From an uncultured Alphaproteobacteria bacterium (GTDB lineage Bacteria; Pseudomonadota; Alphaproteobacteria; Rhizobiales; Methyloligellaceae): a DNA stretch of 64,000 nucleotides. Both the position numbers and the translations under genes were made by a program. The stretch lies in NCBI GenBank assembly GCA_963730335.1, contig CAVSRK010000002.1, positions 1,730-65,729 of the forward strand. Direction: 5' to 3'. Below are positions 32,574 to 44,428 of the stretch, one piece after another (position 1 is the stretch's first letter; each line of letters starts with the position of its first letter). A model generated the notes under the pieces. That model had not been told where the DNA came from, did not search any database, and saw only the letters and a list, made by a program, of their open reading frames with translations.

Positions 32574-34214
32574 TCACGCCTTTCCGCGCGAGGGCCAATG
32601 CGCGTAGAGCGCCTCGAGGCCGAGACGGCGCGCCTCGGCATCGAGCCCGACCCGCTTCAGCGCCCTTAAGCTGTCGCCGAGCGCGATGAGATGGGCGCCC
32701 TTGGCGCCGTTCCTGCCGAGCACGGCGGCGGCAATCAATACGGTGCGGCCGATCTCGCCGGCATCGGAGGCCTCCTTCAGACCGGTCAGCGCGCCGGTCG
32801 GGGGCAGATCGCCGTCATTGGGCTGCGGCGTCTTGCTTGCTTCGTCCCATAGCGGAATCGGCACCTCGTAGTTAAGGGCGTCGAGCACGGTGACCAGGCG
32901 ATGCAGCAAAGGCGGCGGGAGACCGCCTTTGAGGGCGAGGTCGACCCCCTCGGCAAGTGCGGCCTCGGCGCGCGGGCTTTGCGGATCGCTCGCGGCAAGC
33001 AAGAGCTGCCAGTTCGCCACGCGCTCGCCGCCGGCATCGACCCAGGCCCAGGCGCTCTCCTCGTCGCCGGCCAGGGCGGCGACCCTGATGCCGGTCTCGG
33101 CGAAGGCGGCGGCTTGCGGGTCTTGCACCAGTCCGGCGCTCGCCTTGGCCAGAGCTTCGGCGATCGGCACTTCGATGTCCTGATCGCGCGCGGATGCCAG
33201 CAGGGCTGCGATCGACTCGGCGCGAATCTTGACCGACGGCGCGCTTTCGAAGGCGGCGAACAGGCGCGCCCGTAACGCCGGACCCGACTGCGCGGTGTTC
33301 GGCAGCGCCTGCGCGGCCTCGCGATAGGCGCGCGCGAGATCTTCGCCGCCGATGATGTTGAGCGATGCAGCCCGCTCGGCGGAGGCGACGCGGAGCTCGA
33401 CCGGCGTCGACGGGTCGTGAGCGAGCATGAACAGCAGCTCGGGCTCGGCCTTGGCGGCGAGGCCGGCGGCCGGGCGTGGGGCACCGAGGGTGAGGAACAG
33501 ATAGTCGAGGACGCCAATTTGCTTGGGACTGGACGGCGATGGCGTTGAGATCTTGCTCAAGCGGGAGATCGCGGCGGCGGCCAGCCCCACCTGCGCGCCG
33601 CCGTCACGCGCAAGCTGAAGCGCAAGCTTCGCACCCGGCAAGTCGCCCCGCGCCGCGGCACAATAGACCGGGACGAGCAGCGCCTCCTCGCCCGGCGCTC
33701 CGCCGAGGCGAACCTCGCACGCATCGTCCTCGCGCCCCGATGCCAAAAGTGCCAGCGCATAGCGGCCGAGAGCGCCGGGGTCGTTGGCCGCCACGGCGCG
33801 GTCGAGCAGCTCGACCTCCTCGGCCACGCGACCGGCACGCTGCAAGGCGGCGATGCGCAGCGCGAGGCCCTGTCCGCTCGCCGGATCGCCGGTCGCCAAC
33901 GCGCGCGCGATCAACGTGGCAAGCGCCGGCGACGGGGACGGCAGCGGGGACGCAGCGAGCAGCCGCTCGAGCGCGGCCGCATCGACCCCCCGCCACACAT
34001 CGTAAGGCAACGGGCTCGCCACGGACGCCGGCCCGCTCGCCGGTGGGGCAAAGGCAGGCGGCGCCGGAAAGCCCGGGATGGGCGGCGGCGGTCTTGCTTG
34101 GTCTAGGTCAGGCGCAGCGGCGCCCGGCAAGGGCGGCAGCTCACTGCGCTCGACGTCCTGAGGAGCCGCCGTTGTCGACGGGAGCAGCAGCAGGAGCAGC
34201 AGCGTCGCCAGCAT
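32574..34214 (-). CDS. Conserved hypothetical exported helical protein
   Basis: Signal peptide MLATLLLLLLLPS, Pro-rich linker, LPYDVWRG; the position between xerD and aroK is typical of Hyphomicrobiales. Confidence 0.75.
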   Translation of the reverse strand: MLATLLLLLLLPSTTAAPQDVERSELPPLPGAAAPDLDQARPPPPIPGFPAPPAFAPPASGPASVASPLPYDVWRGVDAAALERLLAASPLPSPSPALATLIARALATGDPASGQGLALRIAALQRAGRVAEEVELLDRAVAANDPGALGRYALALLASGREDDACEVRLGGAPGEEALLVPVYCAAARGDLPGAKLALQLARDGGAQVGLAAAAISRLSKISTPSPSSPKQIGVLDYLFLTLGAPRPAAGLAAKAEPELLFMLAHDPSTPVELRVASAERAASLNIIGGEDLARAYREAAQALPNTAQSGPALRARLFAAFESAPSVKIRAESIAALLASARDQDIEVPIAEALAKASAGLVQDPQAAAFAETGIRVAALAGDEESAWAWVDAGGERVANWQLLLAASDPQSPRAEAALAEGVDLALKGGLPPPLLHRLVTVLDALNYEVPIPLWDEASKTPQPNDGDLPPTGALTGLKEASDAGEIGRTVLIAAAVLGRNGAKGAHLIALGDSLRALKRVGLDAEARRLGLEALYAHWPSRGKA

Positions 34215-34386
34215 CGGCGCTCGGCGTAGACGCCGTGGTTTCCTCGATCCGGCCCTTGACGTTGCGCAAAGCCTTGGAGATTTCTTTAGGCTCAGGCTGA
34301 AAATATTCCGCGAGCACATAGAGGCTTCCCGCGATGACACCGCCGATCACCCCCAGAACCATCAGGAAACGAAACAGTGTTGGCAT
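34141..34386 (-). CDS. Small membrane protein
   Basis: MPTLFRFLMVLGVIGGVIAGSLYVLAEYFQPEPKEI resembles a small protein commonly found upstream of aroK. Confidence 0.7.
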   Translation of the reverse strand: MPTLFRFLMVLGVIGGVIAGSLYVLAEYFQPEPKEISKALRNVKGRIEETTASTPSADAGDAAAPAAAPVDNGGSSGRRAQ

Positions 34387-34577
34387 CGAGGCGCTCCTGT
34401 TCCTACCGGTCTTTTAGCCGCGAACAGGGCGTCATTATGACTCAAAAAATGCCAAGCGCCTTATCCTCGTTGACATCATGGACGATTCGACAGGGGGCTG
34501 CCAGCATGGGAAATTCCCGCCTTCCGCGAGTCGCTTAAAGCCGACGCGGCGGCAAACCTCCACTTTCAGACCAATGG

Positions 34578-35210
34578 ATGAGTTTAGGACTGACCGACCA
34601 TAACAAAGACGACCGGCAGGAGCGGCTGGCGCAGATTCGCGAGGCGCTAGGGCAGCGCAGCGTCGTGCTGATCGGGCTGATGGGCGCCGGCAAGACCGCC
34701 GTGGGCCGGCGGCTGGCAAACCGGATCGAGCTCCCCTTCATCGACGCCGACACCGAAATCGAATTGGCCGCCGGCGCCAGCATCAGCGAAATCTTCGCCG
34801 AGCACGGTGAAAGCTATTTCCGTGAGGGCGAGCGCAAGGTGATAAAGCGCCTGCTGGACGCCGGTCCGCAGGTACTCGCCACCGGCGGCGGCGCTTATAT
34901 GACCCCCGAGACGCGGGCCACCATCAAGGCGCGCGGCCTGTCGGTTTGGCTCAAGGCGGAGCTCAAAGTGCTGCTCAAGCGGGTCGGCCGGCGCGATAAC
35001 CGGCCGTTGCTGGCCGGCGGCGACCCCGAAAAAGTGATGAAGAAGCTGATCGAAGAGCGCTATCCCATCTATGCCGAGGCCGACGTGACGGTGGAGAGCC
35101 GCGATGTGCCCCATGATGTGATCGTGGGCGCGGTGATCGATGCGCTGGCCGTCAAGCTCGGCTGCACGGCAAAGGCGGACCAGGCTCATGGCCGCAAGAA
35201 GGTGACATGA
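34578..35210 (+). CDS. aroK: Shikimate kinase
   Basis: GLMGAGKT, FIDADTEIE, ATGGG. Confidence 0.95.
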   Translation: MSLGLTDHNKDDRQERLAQIREALGQRSVVLIGLMGAGKTAVGRRLANRIELPFIDADTEIELAAGASISEIFAEHGESYFREGERKVIKRLLDAGPQVLATGGGAYMTPETRATIKARGLSVWLKAELKVLLKRVGRRDNRPLLAGGDPEKVMKKLIEERYPIYAEADVTVESRDVPHDVIVGAVIDALAVKLGCTAKADQAHGRKKVT

Positions 35211-36361
35211 TGCGCGACGGCGCGACCGCGTTGGCGTCCGGCCAAAGCGAGACCATCATCGACGTCAAGCTTCCAGGACGGAGCTATCCCATCGTCATCG
35301 GCGAAGGGCTGGTCGCCTCGGCCGGACGCCGGATCGCGGCGGCGCTACCGGCAGCGCGCTGCGCGGTGGTGAGCGACCGCAACGTGGCGGCGCTCTATCT
35401 TGGTCCGCTCAAGGCAAGCCTCGACCAGCACGGGCTCTTTCTCGGCGAGGCGATCGTGAGCCCCGGTGAGGCGAGCAAGAGCTTTCCCGTACTCACTCCG
35501 CTCTGCGAGAGCCTGCTCGAGCTTGGCGTCGAGCGGGGCGATTGCATCATCGCCCTTGGCGGCGGCGTGGTCGGCGACCTGGCGGGATTTGCCGCCAGCA
35601 TCTTGCGGCGCGGCGTGCGCGTGGTGCAGATGCCGACCTCGCTCCTGGCCCAGGTCGACTCGTCGGTCGGCGGCAAGACCGGCATCGACACCAGGCAAGG
35701 CAAAAATCTGATCGGCACGTTCCATCAGCCGAGCCTGGTGCTGGCCGACATTTCGGTTTTGTCGACCTTGAGCCCGCGCGAGTTCCGGGCGGGCTATGCC
35801 GAAGTGGCGAAATACGGGCTGATCGGCGATGCGCCGTTCTTCGCCTGGCTCGAACAGACTTGGGGCGAGATCTTCTCGGCGTCAGGCGGGGCGCGCCGGC
35901 GCGCGGTGGAAACCAGCGTGCGCGCCAAAGCGGCCATCGTCGCGGCCGACGAGCGGGAGGAGTCCGGCACCCGGGCGCTGCTCAATCTCGGCCATACCTT
36001 CGGCCATGCGCTCGAGGCGTTCGCCGGCTATTCCGACCGGCTGCTGCATGGCGAAGCGATTGCCATCGGCATGCGGCTGGCGTTCGCCTATTCGGTCGAG
36101 CGTGGGCTATGCCCGCCGGGCGATGCCGTCAAAGTCGAACACCATTTCGAGGCGGTCGGCCTGCCGGTCAAGATCGCGGCGATGCCCGGCACCAAGCCCT
36201 CGCCTGACGAGCTTCTGCGGCTCATGGCCCAGGACAAGAAGGTCAAAGGCGGCAAGCTCGCGCTGGTGCTGGTGCGCGGCATCGGCCAGGCTTTCGTCGA
36301 GCACGACGTGCCCGTGCCCCAGCTGACAGCGTTTCTCACACGGGAGTGCGCTACAAGATGA
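35207..36361 (+). CDS. aroB: 3-dehydroquinate synthase
   Basis: GGGVVGDLAGFAA, PTSLLAQVDSSVGGKT, LNLGHTFGHALE. Confidence 0.97.
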   Translation: MMRDGATALASGQSETIIDVKLPGRSYPIVIGEGLVASAGRRIAAALPAARCAVVSDRNVAALYLGPLKASLDQHGLFLGEAIVSPGEASKSFPVLTPLCESLLELGVERGDCIIALGGGVVGDLAGFAASILRRGVRVVQMPTSLLAQVDSSVGGKTGIDTRQGKNLIGTFHQPSLVLADISVLSTLSPREFRAGYAEVAKYGLIGDAPFFAWLEQTWGEIFSASGGARRRAVETSVRAKAAIVAADEREESGTRALLNLGHTFGHALEAFAGYSDRLLHGEAIAIGMRLAFAYSVERGLCPPGDAVKVEHHFEAVGLPVKIAAMPGTKPSPDELLRLMAQDKKVKGGKLALVLVRGIGQAFVEHDVPVPQLTAFLTRECATR

Positions 36362-37668
36362 CGCTCAGCCTGGGCATTACGCTTGGCGCGATCTTCGGCC
36401 TCCTGCTCGCCTCGGCCTTCTTCTCGGGCTCGGAGACGGCGCTGACCGCGGCCTCGCGCGCCAAAATGCATGCGCTCGAGGAGGGTGGGAATCGCCACGC
36501 GCGCGTGGTCAATTACCTGCTTGCCATCCGCGAGCGTTTCATCGGCGCGATCCTGCTCGGCAACAACCTTGCCAACATCGCCGCCTCGGCGCTGGCCACC
36601 AGCATGTTCTTGCATCTGTTCGGCGAGGCCGGCGTGGTCTACGCCACCATCGTGATGACGGTGATCGTGGTGCTGTTCGCCGAGGTGCTGCCCAAGACCT
36701 ACGCCATTCTCAACGCCGACCGCATGGCGCTCGCGGTCGCCCCGCTGGTTCGTTTGCTCGTGGCGGTGCTGGCGCCGGTGACGGCTACCATACAGTGGAT
36801 CGTCCGACACACGCTTCGCCTGTTCGGCCTGTCGATCAGCGACGACGCCGAGGTGCTGTCCGCGCATGAGGAGATCAGGGGGGCCATCGCGCTGCACCAC
36901 AAGGAAGGCGGCGTGGTCAAGCTCACCCGCGACATGCTGGGCGGCGTGCTCGACCTGCGCGAGCTGACCGTGTCCGACATCATGGTGCACCGGACCAGCA
37001 TGGACGCGATCGACGCCGAGCTGCCGGCCGACAAGATCGTGGACCTAGCCCTGAAGAGCTCTCACACCCGCGTGCCGTTGTGGCGCGGCGAGCGCGAGGA
37101 GATCGTCGGCATCCTGCACGCCAAGACGCTGCTCAAGGCGTTACGGGACTCAAAGGGCGATCCTGCCAAGATCGACATCATGGCGCTGGCCACCCCGCCC
37201 TGGTTCGTGCCCGACACCACCACACTCAAGGACCAGCTCAACGCCTTTCTGAAGCGCAAGGCCCATTTCGCCGTCGTGGTCGACGAGTACGGCGAGGTCA
37301 TGGGCCTGGTCACGCTCGAGGACATCATCGAGGAGATCGTCGGCGACATCACCGACGAGACCGACATCGCCGGGGCGCTGGCCAAGCCTCAACCCGACGG
37401 CTCGCTGGTGGTCGACGGCGGGGTGCCGATCCGCGACGTCAACCGGCTGATGGAGTGGGACCTGCCCGACGAGGAGGCGACCACCATCGCGGGCCTGGTG
37501 ATCCACGAGGCGCAGACCATCCCCAATCCCGGCCAGGCCTTCACCTTTCACGATTATCGCTTCGAGGTCCTGAGCCGCCGGCGGAACCGCATCACCTCGT
37601 TGCGGGTGACGCCGGTTCAGGCCAAGGCCGAGGCCGAGGCCAAGAGCAAGGCGAGCAAGGCCTCATAG
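36358..37668 (+). CDS. HlyC/CorC family transporter (DUF21-CBS-CorC)
   Basis: SAFFSGSETALT, FAEVLPKT, CBS pair, VVDEYG...TLEDIIEEIVG. Confidence 0.93.
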   Translation: MTLSLGITLGAIFGLLLASAFFSGSETALTAASRAKMHALEEGGNRHARVVNYLLAIRERFIGAILLGNNLANIAASALATSMFLHLFGEAGVVYATIVMTVIVVLFAEVLPKTYAILNADRMALAVAPLVRLLVAVLAPVTATIQWIVRHTLRLFGLSISDDAEVLSAHEEIRGAIALHHKEGGVVKLTRDMLGGVLDLRELTVSDIMVHRTSMDAIDAELPADKIVDLALKSSHTRVPLWRGEREEIVGILHAKTLLKALRDSKGDPAKIDIMALATPPWFVPDTTTLKDQLNAFLKRKAHFAVVVDEYGEVMGLVTLEDIIEEIVGDITDETDIAGALAKPQPDGSLVVDGGVPIRDVNRLMEWDLPDEEATTIAGLVIHEAQTIPNPGQAFTFHDYRFEVLSRRRNRITSLRVTPVQAKAEAEAKSKASKAS

Positions 37669-37965
37669 CGGGCGGGAGCGCTCTTCCGGCGCCAGCGCGC
37701 TGATGGCAAGCGCGTGGACCGGGCCCTTCAGCTCCTCGGCCAGCACATCGTTGACCATGCGGTGGCGCTCGAGTCGCGACTTGCCGGCGAAGCTCGCCGA
37801 CACCACTTTGATGGTGAAATGGCTTTCGGCCGTTCCGGGCGAGCCCGCGTGGCCCCGGTGGCGGTCGGAGTCGTTAACGACTTCGAGGGACACCGGCGCG
37901 AAGGCTTGTCGCAACTTATTTGTGATCTGCTGCTCGACGCGCATGGCCGCCGGCTCCAAGTCCAT
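37663..37965 (-). CDS. bolA: BolA family protein
   Basis: NDSDRHRGH, ESHF, SRLERHRMVN, HALAI. Confidence 0.92.
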   Translation of the reverse strand: MDLEPAAMRVEQQITNKLRQAFAPVSLEVVNDSDRHRGHAGSPGTAESHFTIKVVSASFAGKSRLERHRMVNDVLAEELKGPVHALAISALAPEERSRPL

Positions 37966-38044
37966 AACCTACCATCATAGCCTAGTCGCTACCTGAAGAG
38001 CCATTCTTGTTGTGCCGACCGCCGCTTCCCATAATGCCGATGCC

Positions 38045-38665
38045 ATGAAGCTCGACTCGAAATTCTTCGACCGCTTGCGGGTCAAGCCGGACCAGAGCCG
38101 CCTGCTGCGCGAGTCCTGTCCTTCTTGCGAGTGGAAGGGCTGCAAGGAGCCGGGACTTTATCCCGCGCCCAAGGGGCGTGGCCAGGAAGGCAAGTATCAT
38201 CGCTTCTGTCTCGACCATGTGCGGGAATACAACAAGTCTTATAACTACTTCGCCGGCCTGCCCGACGAGGATGTGATCCAGCATCAGAAGGATGACACCG
38301 TGGGGCACCGGCCGACCTGGTCGCTCGGCGTCAATTCCTGGGCGCGCAATCGGCGTTCGCGCAACGGCGCCCGGCCCGGCGGATTCGCCCATAGTTTCAC
38401 CACCCAAGACCCGTTCGGCCTGTTCGCCGAGCGGACGGTAAAGCCGAAGAACGAGCCCGAGCGACCGCTCAAACGCCTGGAACGGAAGTGCCTGCGCCAG
38501 CTCAATCTCGAGGACTCGGCCACCAAGGCCGACGTCAAGGCGCGCTTCAAGGAACTGGTTAAGCGGCTCCACCCCGACCATAACCAGGGCAACCGGGGCT
38601 CAGAGGACAAGTTGCGCGAAGTGATCCAAGCCTATAACTATTTGAGACAGGCAGGGCTTGCGTGA
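38045..38665 (+). CDS. DnaJ-domain protein (C-terminal J domain)
   Basis: FCLDHVREYNKSYNYF and VKRLHPDHN (HPD motif); upstream of cobS as usual. Confidence 0.92.
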   Translation: MKLDSKFFDRLRVKPDQSRLLRESCPSCEWKGCKEPGLYPAPKGRGQEGKYHRFCLDHVREYNKSYNYFAGLPDEDVIQHQKDDTVGHRPTWSLGVNSWARNRRSRNGARPGGFAHSFTTQDPFGLFAERTVKPKNEPERPLKRLERKCLRQLNLEDSATKADVKARFKELVKRLHPDHNQGNRGSEDKLREVIQAYNYLRQAGLA

Positions 38666-38749
38666 CGTCGTGGGCAGTCTTTATCCCCCCTATCGTGGCT
38701 TTGCTTCGGCAAGCCCCCAAGACATGCGACCAATAGGCCTCCACCGACC

Positions 38750-39739
38750 ATGACACTTGAAACTGCCCGCAATGGCGCCGGCTTGCCGGACATGTCCGTT
38801 TCCGTGCGCCAGGTCTTCGGCATCGATACCGATCTCGAAGTGCCGGCCTACTCCCGTCCCGATGAGCACGTGCCGGACGTCGATCCCGATTATTTGTTCA
38901 ACCGGGAGGTGACGCTCGCCATCCTGGCCGGCTTCAAACATAACCGGCGGGTGATGATCCAGGGCTATCACGGCACCGGCAAATCGACCCATATCGAACA
39001 GGTGGCGGCCAAGCTGAACTGGCCGTGCATGCGCATCAATCTCGACAGCCATGTGAGCCGTATCGATCTGGTCGGCAAGGACGCCATCGTCATCAAGGAC
39101 GGCATGCAGGTGACCGAGTTCCGCGAGGGCATTTTGCCCTACGCGCTCCAGTCCAACACCGCTTTGTGCTTCGATGAATACGACGCCGGGCGGCCCGACG
39201 TGATGTTCGTGATCCAGCGGGTGCTCGAAGTCTCGGGCAAGCTCACGCTGCTCGATCAGTCGAAGGTGATCAGGCCACACCCCTCCTTCCGCCTGTTCTC
39301 GACCACCAACACGATCGGGCTCGGCGACACGAGCGGCCTCTATCACGGCACCCAGCAGATCAACCAGGGCCAGATGGACCGCTGGAATATCGTCGTCACG
39401 CTCAACTATCTGCCGCATGACGACGAGGTGGCCATCGTGCTGGCCAAGGCCAAGAGCTGGAACACCGAGGCTGGACGCAAGGTCATCGGCAATATGGTGC
39501 GCGTGGCCGAGCTGACCCGCAACGCCTTCATGAACGGCGATCTGTCGACGGTGATGAGCCCGCGCACGGTGATCACCTGGGCCGAGAACGCCGAGATCTT
39601 CGGCGATGTCGGCCTCGCTTTTGCGCTGTCCTTCCTCAACAAATGCGACGAGCTCGAGCGCGGGCTGATCGCCGAGTTCTATCAACGCTGTTTCGGCGAG
39701 GACCTGCCGCAGTCGACCGCCAACGTAGCCTTGAGCTAA
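38750..39739 (+). CDS. cobS: Cobaltochelatase subunit CobS
   Basis: [25 protein letters not shown]. Confidence 0.96.
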   Translation: MTLETARNGAGLPDMSVSVRQVFGIDTDLEVPAYSRPDEHVPDVDPDYLFNREVTLAILAGFKHNRRVMIQGYHGTGKSTHIEQVAAKLNWPCMRINLDSHVSRIDLVGKDAIVIKDGMQVTEFREGILPYALQSNTALCFDEYDAGRPDVMFVIQRVLEVSGKLTLLDQSKVIRPHPSFRLFSTTNTIGLGDTSGLYHGTQQINQGQMDRWNIVVTLNYLPHDDEVAIVLAKAKSWNTEAGRKVIGNMVRVAELTRNAFMNGDLSTVMSPRTVITWAENAEIFGDVGLAFALSFLNKCDELERGLIAEFYQRCFGEDLPQSTANVALS

Positions 39740-39742
39740 TCC

Positions 39743-41641
39743 ATGACGCTGACCCGGCGTAAAGAAGCGCCGCTCGACCCGTTCAAACGCGCCGTCACCC
39801 AGACCACGCGCTCGATCGCCGCCGACAGCGCGATGGAGGTGATCTTCACGAGCGAGCCCCCAGGGCTTGCCGGCAAGATCGCTCGACTGCCGGAGCCGTC
39901 GCGCGTCCCGACCAAGACCGAGATTGCGGTGATCCGCGGCCATGCCGATGCCGCCGCGCTGTCGGTCGCGTGCCACGATCCCTCCTTGCACGAGGCTTTG
40001 GCGCCGCCGGGCGGCGAGGCGCGCGACGTGTTCGAGGCGATCGAGCAGGCCCGCGTCGAGGCGATCGGCGCCAAGCGGATGGAAGGCGTGGCGGCCAACC
40101 TCGCCGCCCGTATGGAGCAGCGCTACGAACGGAGCCGCTTCTCTGAAGTGACCGACCGCGCCGAGGCGCCGCTGCCCGATGCGCTGGGCTTGCTGGTGCG
40201 CCAGACGCTCACCGGCCAGGCGCCCCCGGCCAAGGCTCGCGCTCTGGTCGATCTGTGGCGGCCGTGGGTCGAAGGCCGGGCCCGCACCGTGCTCGACCGC
40301 ATGCCGGCCATGCTATTCGACCAGGAGGCGTTCGGCCGGCTGACCAGGGACCTGCTCGCGGCGCTGAACCTCGCCGAGCAGCTCGACCAGCGCGAAGACG
40401 AAACTTCGCCGAACGAGAGCGAGGCCGACGCCGACGCCTCGAATGCCGAGGAGGACAAGGCCGACGGCGAGCAGCGCGCCGATCTCGCCGCCGATTCCCG
40501 TGCCGATCAGGACTCGATGAGCGAGGAATCGATCGAGGACCGCGACGACGGCTCGACCGACCGGCTCGACCGCGACGTCGATGCGTCCGAACTGCCGCGC
40601 CGCTCGGAGCCGTGGCGCCCCAATCAGTCGGTGCTCGATGACCCGGAAGCCTTCGGCTACAAGGTGTTCACCCGCGCCTTCGACGAGATCGTCAATGCCG
40701 AGGAGCTGTGCGACACCGACGAGATCGACCGCTTGCGGGCCTTTCTCGACAAGCAGCTCCAGGCGCTACACGGCGCGGTGGCCAGGCTCGCCAACCGGCT
40801 CCAGCGCCGCCTGCTGGCCCAGCAGAACCGCGGCTGGGACTTCGACCTCGACGAAGGCGCGATCGACGCGGCGCGGCTCGCTCGCGTGATCGTCGATCCC
40901 ATGCATCCACTCACCTTCAAGCAGGAGCGCGACACCGAGTTCCGCGATACCGTGGTCACGCTGCTGATCGACAATTCCGGCTCGATGCGCGGCCGGCCCA
41001 TCATGGTGGCGGCCTGTTGCGCCGATATTCTCGCCCGCACGCTGGAACGCTGCGGCGTCAAGGTCGAGATCCTCGGCTTCACCACGAGGGCATGGAAGGG
41101 CGGGCATGCGCGCGAGTCATGGCTCAACGCGCTGAAGCCGCCGCTGCCCGGACGGCTCAACGACCTCCGCCACATCGTCTACAAATCGGCCGACGCGCCG
41201 TGGCGCCGGTCGCGCCGCAATCTCGGGCTGATGATGCGCGAGGGCCTGCTCAAGGAGAATATCGACGGCGAGGCGCTGGCTTGGGCGCATAGCCGGCTGC
41301 TGGCGCGGCCCGAGCAGCGGCGCATCCTGATGATGATCTCCGACGGCGCCCCGGTCGACAATTCCACGCTGTCGGTCAACTCCGGGTCATATTTGGAGCG
41401 TCATCTCCGCCAGGTGATCGAAGAGATCGAGACCCGCTCCCCGGTGGAGCTTTTGGCCATCGGCATCGGCCATGACGTCACCCGCTACTATCGGCGCGCC
41501 GTTACCGTGACCGACGCCGAGGAGCTTGCCGGCGTCATGACCGAGAAGCTTGCCGAGCTGTTCGACGAGGACCATGCGTGGCGGCAACTGCATCGCACGG
41601 TGCCGTCGGCGGCGCGGTCCAAGCGCCGGAGCCTTCATTAG
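39743..41641 (+). CDS. cobT: Cobaltochelatase subunit CobT
   Basis: Acidic linker and vWA domain [22 protein letters not shown]. Confidence 0.96.
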   Translation: MTLTRRKEAPLDPFKRAVTQTTRSIAADSAMEVIFTSEPPGLAGKIARLPEPSRVPTKTEIAVIRGHADAAALSVACHDPSLHEALAPPGGEARDVFEAIEQARVEAIGAKRMEGVAANLAARMEQRYERSRFSEVTDRAEAPLPDALGLLVRQTLTGQAPPAKARALVDLWRPWVEGRARTVLDRMPAMLFDQEAFGRLTRDLLAALNLAEQLDQREDETSPNESEADADASNAEEDKADGEQRADLAADSRADQDSMSEESIEDRDDGSTDRLDRDVDASELPRRSEPWRPNQSVLDDPEAFGYKVFTRAFDEIVNAEELCDTDEIDRLRAFLDKQLQALHGAVARLANRLQRRLLAQQNRGWDFDLDEGAIDAARLARVIVDPMHPLTFKQERDTEFRDTVVTLLIDNSGSMRGRPIMVAACCADILARTLERCGVKVEILGFTTRAWKGGHARESWLNALKPPLPGRLNDLRHIVYKSADAPWRRSRRNLGLMMREGLLKENIDGEALAWAHSRLLARPEQRRILMMISDGAPVDNSTLSVNSGSYLERHLRQVIEEIETRSPVELLAIGIGHDVTRYYRRAVTVTDAEELAGVMTEKLAELFDEDHAWRQLHRTVPSAARSKRRSLH

Positions 41642-41642
41642 C

Positions 41643-42725
41643 GTGAGCCTCCTCCCCCGCACCTCCTGGCGCGGCCAGGCGGCTTCTGTCCTCGTGGCGG
41701 CGGCTTTTCTCCTCGCGGTCGCGCCGGCGCTCGCCGACAAGCCGCTGACGGTGCTGGCCGGGCCGACGCCGACCACCATCACCGCCATTGCCATCGACTT
41801 CGACCGCGAGCATCCGAGCCGCAAGGAGTTCGGCAAGCTCATCTTCAGGGCTGGGCTCAATCTCTACGCCAAGAGCAGCCATTTCGGCGGCTATTCGGCG
41901 GTCGCGCTCGACCCCTCCGGCCGCACGCTGCTGGCGATCTCCGACGGCGGCTCCTGGCTCAGGGCCACGCTCGATTATGACGGGCGGAGGCTCAAAGGCC
42001 TCAGCGAGGCGGTGCTCGGCCCGGTGCTCGGCGCCGACGGCAAGCCGCTGCGCGACGATGCGATGCGCGACTCCGAAGGCATGACCCTGGTCGACGGCGA
42101 CACAAGGCAAGGCACCGCCTATGTGTCATTCGAGCGCAAGCACAGAATCGCGCGCTATCCCTTCACCGCGGACCGGTTCGGACCGCCGACCGGCACGGTG
42201 CCGCTGCCCGCCGCGGCCAAAGCGATGGTCGCCAATCGCGGCATCGAGGCGATGGCCCTGATCAAAACGGGCAAGCTCGAGGGAACGCTGCTGGCGTTCG
42301 CCGAGGGCCGCGCCGACAAGAACGGCAATCTGATGGGCTGGCTGATCGGGGGCCCCACCCCAGGTCCGATCCTCCTGAAGCGGATCCGCGGCTTCGACAT
42401 CACCGACGCCGCTTCGCTGCCCGACGGGGGCGTTGTGCTCCTGGAGCGAAGATTCCGCTTCAGCGAGGGCATCAAGATGCGCCTCCGCCGCGTCGCCGCC
42501 GGCGAGATCAAACGCGGCGCTCTGATCGAAGGCGAGGTGCTGCTCGATGCCGACGACAGCCTCAACATCGACAATATGGAAGCGATCGCCGCCCACCGCG
42601 CGGCATCGGGCGAGACCGTGCTGACGCTGATGTCGGACGACAATTTCAGCGCGCTCCAACGCACGCTGATCATGCAGTTCACGTTGCCTGAGACAAAGCC
42701 GGTGCTCGCCGGCCCACGCGGCTAG
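41643..42725 (+). CDS. Esterase-like activity of phytase family exported protein
   Basis: Signal peptide, FGGYSAV, DSEG, SFER, IDNMEA, MSDDNFS; GTG start at 41643. Confidence 0.85.
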   Translation: MSLLPRTSWRGQAASVLVAAAFLLAVAPALADKPLTVLAGPTPTTITAIAIDFDREHPSRKEFGKLIFRAGLNLYAKSSHFGGYSAVALDPSGRTLLAISDGGSWLRATLDYDGRRLKGLSEAVLGPVLGADGKPLRDDAMRDSEGMTLVDGDTRQGTAYVSFERKHRIARYPFTADRFGPPTGTVPLPAAAKAMVANRGIEAMALIKTGKLEGTLLAFAEGRADKNGNLMGWLIGGPTPGPILLKRIRGFDITDAASLPDGGVVLLERRFRFSEGIKMRLRRVAAGEIKRGALIEGEVLLDADDSLNIDNMEAIAAHRAASGETVLTLMSDDNFSALQRTLIMQFTLPETKPVLAGPRG

Positions 42726-43024
42726 GAAGCGGCTTCGACCTGAGCGTCCTGCTTCTTGGCGATGTCGCGCTTGAGCCGGCGCGCCTTCAAGGACAGTTCG
42801 TCGTCGTCCGCCTTCATAAGAAAGGCGTCGAGCCCGCCGCGATGTTCGACCGAGCGCAAGGCATGGGCGCTGATGGTCATCCGCACGCGCTTCTTCAGCG
42901 CCTCGCTTTCCAGCGTGACGTTGCAAAGATTCGGCAGAAACCGGCGCTTGGTCCGGCGCTTGGCGTGGCTCACATTGTTGCCGGTGAGCACGGCTTTACC
43001 GGTGAGCTCGCAGCGACGGGCCAT
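42722..43024 (-). CDS. rpmB: 50S ribosomal protein L28
   Basis: [33 protein letters not shown]. Confidence 0.97.
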   Translation of the reverse strand: MARRCELTGKAVLTGNNVSHAKRRTKRRFLPNLCNVTLESEALKKRVRMTISAHALRSVEHRGGLDAFLMKADDDELSLKARRLKRDIAKKQDAQVEAAS

Positions 43025-43243
43025 AGTCCTTGATCCTTCTGTCGAAATGCACGGAACCCGATGTGGCTCGTAGCGGTTGTCGCCACCAGCAGTGCCACCG
43101 GTGGCGGGACATATACGGGGACGGCAGTTGGGGGTCAAGGCGCTGCCACAAAGCTCGGCCAAGCTCCAATTGACGAAACCCGCAAATACCTCGACATTCC
43201 CGCGGGGTTCTAGCAGGCGGGGTCTTGCTAGGGGGTTGGAGCC

Positions 43244-44113
43244 ATGCAACGAGCGCGCCATTGCTTGAGTCTTGCCGCCGTTGCCGCGCTGACCTGCGGG
43301 CTTGGCGGCAATTTGCCCGCCGATACGGCTTATGCCGAGAGTGGCTTGTCGACCGCAAACCGGATCGTGGCCGTCTATCGGGTCGATATCGGCAGCTTTA
43401 ATCTCGGCGAATTCAAGCTCACCACGACTTTTCGCGGCGACGATTACGAGATGCGCGGCGAAGGCCGGTTCAAGGTCCTGGAAGGGCTCATCTATGAGTG
43501 GCGCGGGGTGACGGCCAGCGCCGGCCGGGTAACCGACACCGGGCCCGAGCCCACCATGTATGCGTTCAACTTTGCCGACAGCGCCAAAGCGGGCGAACGG
43601 CTGCGCATGACCTTCGACGGACGGGCGGTCACCGATGTGTCGATCATCCCCAAAAACCGGCCACTGCCGCGCACCATTCCAGTGACCAAGGAACAGCTCG
43701 AAGGCGTGCTCGATCCCATGAGCGGCGCGTTTCTGACCGCACAGTCCGACAATCCCAACGGCGACCTGTCGGTCTGCAACAAGACTTTGCCGGTGTTCGA
43801 CGGCAGGCAGCGCTACGACCTGGTGGTCAGCCCTAAGCGAGCGGTGACCGTGAAGCGGACGACGCCAACGGGCTATGGCGGACCGGCGGTGATCTGCCGG
43901 GTGAAGTTCATCCCGATCGCAGGATACCAGCCCGACAACGCGGCCATCAGGCTGATGCAGCAAAGCAACGAGATCGAGGTGTGGCTGATCCCGGTGCGGG
44001 CCAGCACTATGTACGTGCCCTATCGGATTGTGTTGCCGACGCCGGTGGGCTATGGCTCGGCGGTCGTGACCTCGATCCAAGTCGGAACGCGTCGCGCCAG
44101 CGCCGAGCCCTGA
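43244..44113 (+). CDS. DUF3108 domain exported protein
   Basis: Signal peptide, [30 protein letters not shown]. Confidence 0.88.
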   Translation: MQRARHCLSLAAVAALTCGLGGNLPADTAYAESGLSTANRIVAVYRVDIGSFNLGEFKLTTTFRGDDYEMRGEGRFKVLEGLIYEWRGVTASAGRVTDTGPEPTMYAFNFADSAKAGERLRMTFDGRAVTDVSIIPKNRPLPRTIPVTKEQLEGVLDPMSGAFLTAQSDNPNGDLSVCNKTLPVFDGRQRYDLVVSPKRAVTVKRTTPTGYGGPAVICRVKFIPIAGYQPDNAAIRLMQQSNEIEVWLIPVRASTMYVPYRIVLPTPVGYGSAVVTSIQVGTRRASAEP

Positions 44114-44428
44114 TCGTTCGCGGCGGCTCGCGCCGAAGATTAACGTCGAGAGCCCGAATCCCAACATGTAGTAGGGAACAGATGCCGAAGATTAACACTC
44201 CCCTGATTCGTGCGTGCTCCGTTCCCGTTGCCTTCTTTGGCGCTTAAGGACGATCCGAGATCGGTTGTCAGGACGAGCGCTTTGAGTTCACCGAGACACC
44301 GGTCAAGGGGCAAACTGTCCCAATTCTGGAAAGAACGAAATCCGAATGGGCGGTGTCAGCGATTCGGACGAGATTCGTTCCCCCCTCGTTCCGAGTTTTC
44401 GTGCTGAGAGAGTTTTAGGACGTCAAGC

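Noticed and set aside
34141-34260. Small membrane protein tail overlapping the next gene by 74 bp, a possible lost stop
   Set aside because: It cannot be distinguished from natural length variation without homologue alignment.
42722-44167. 481-aa ORF ending in L28
   Set aside because: The extension is antisense to DUF3108. L28 starts at 43024.
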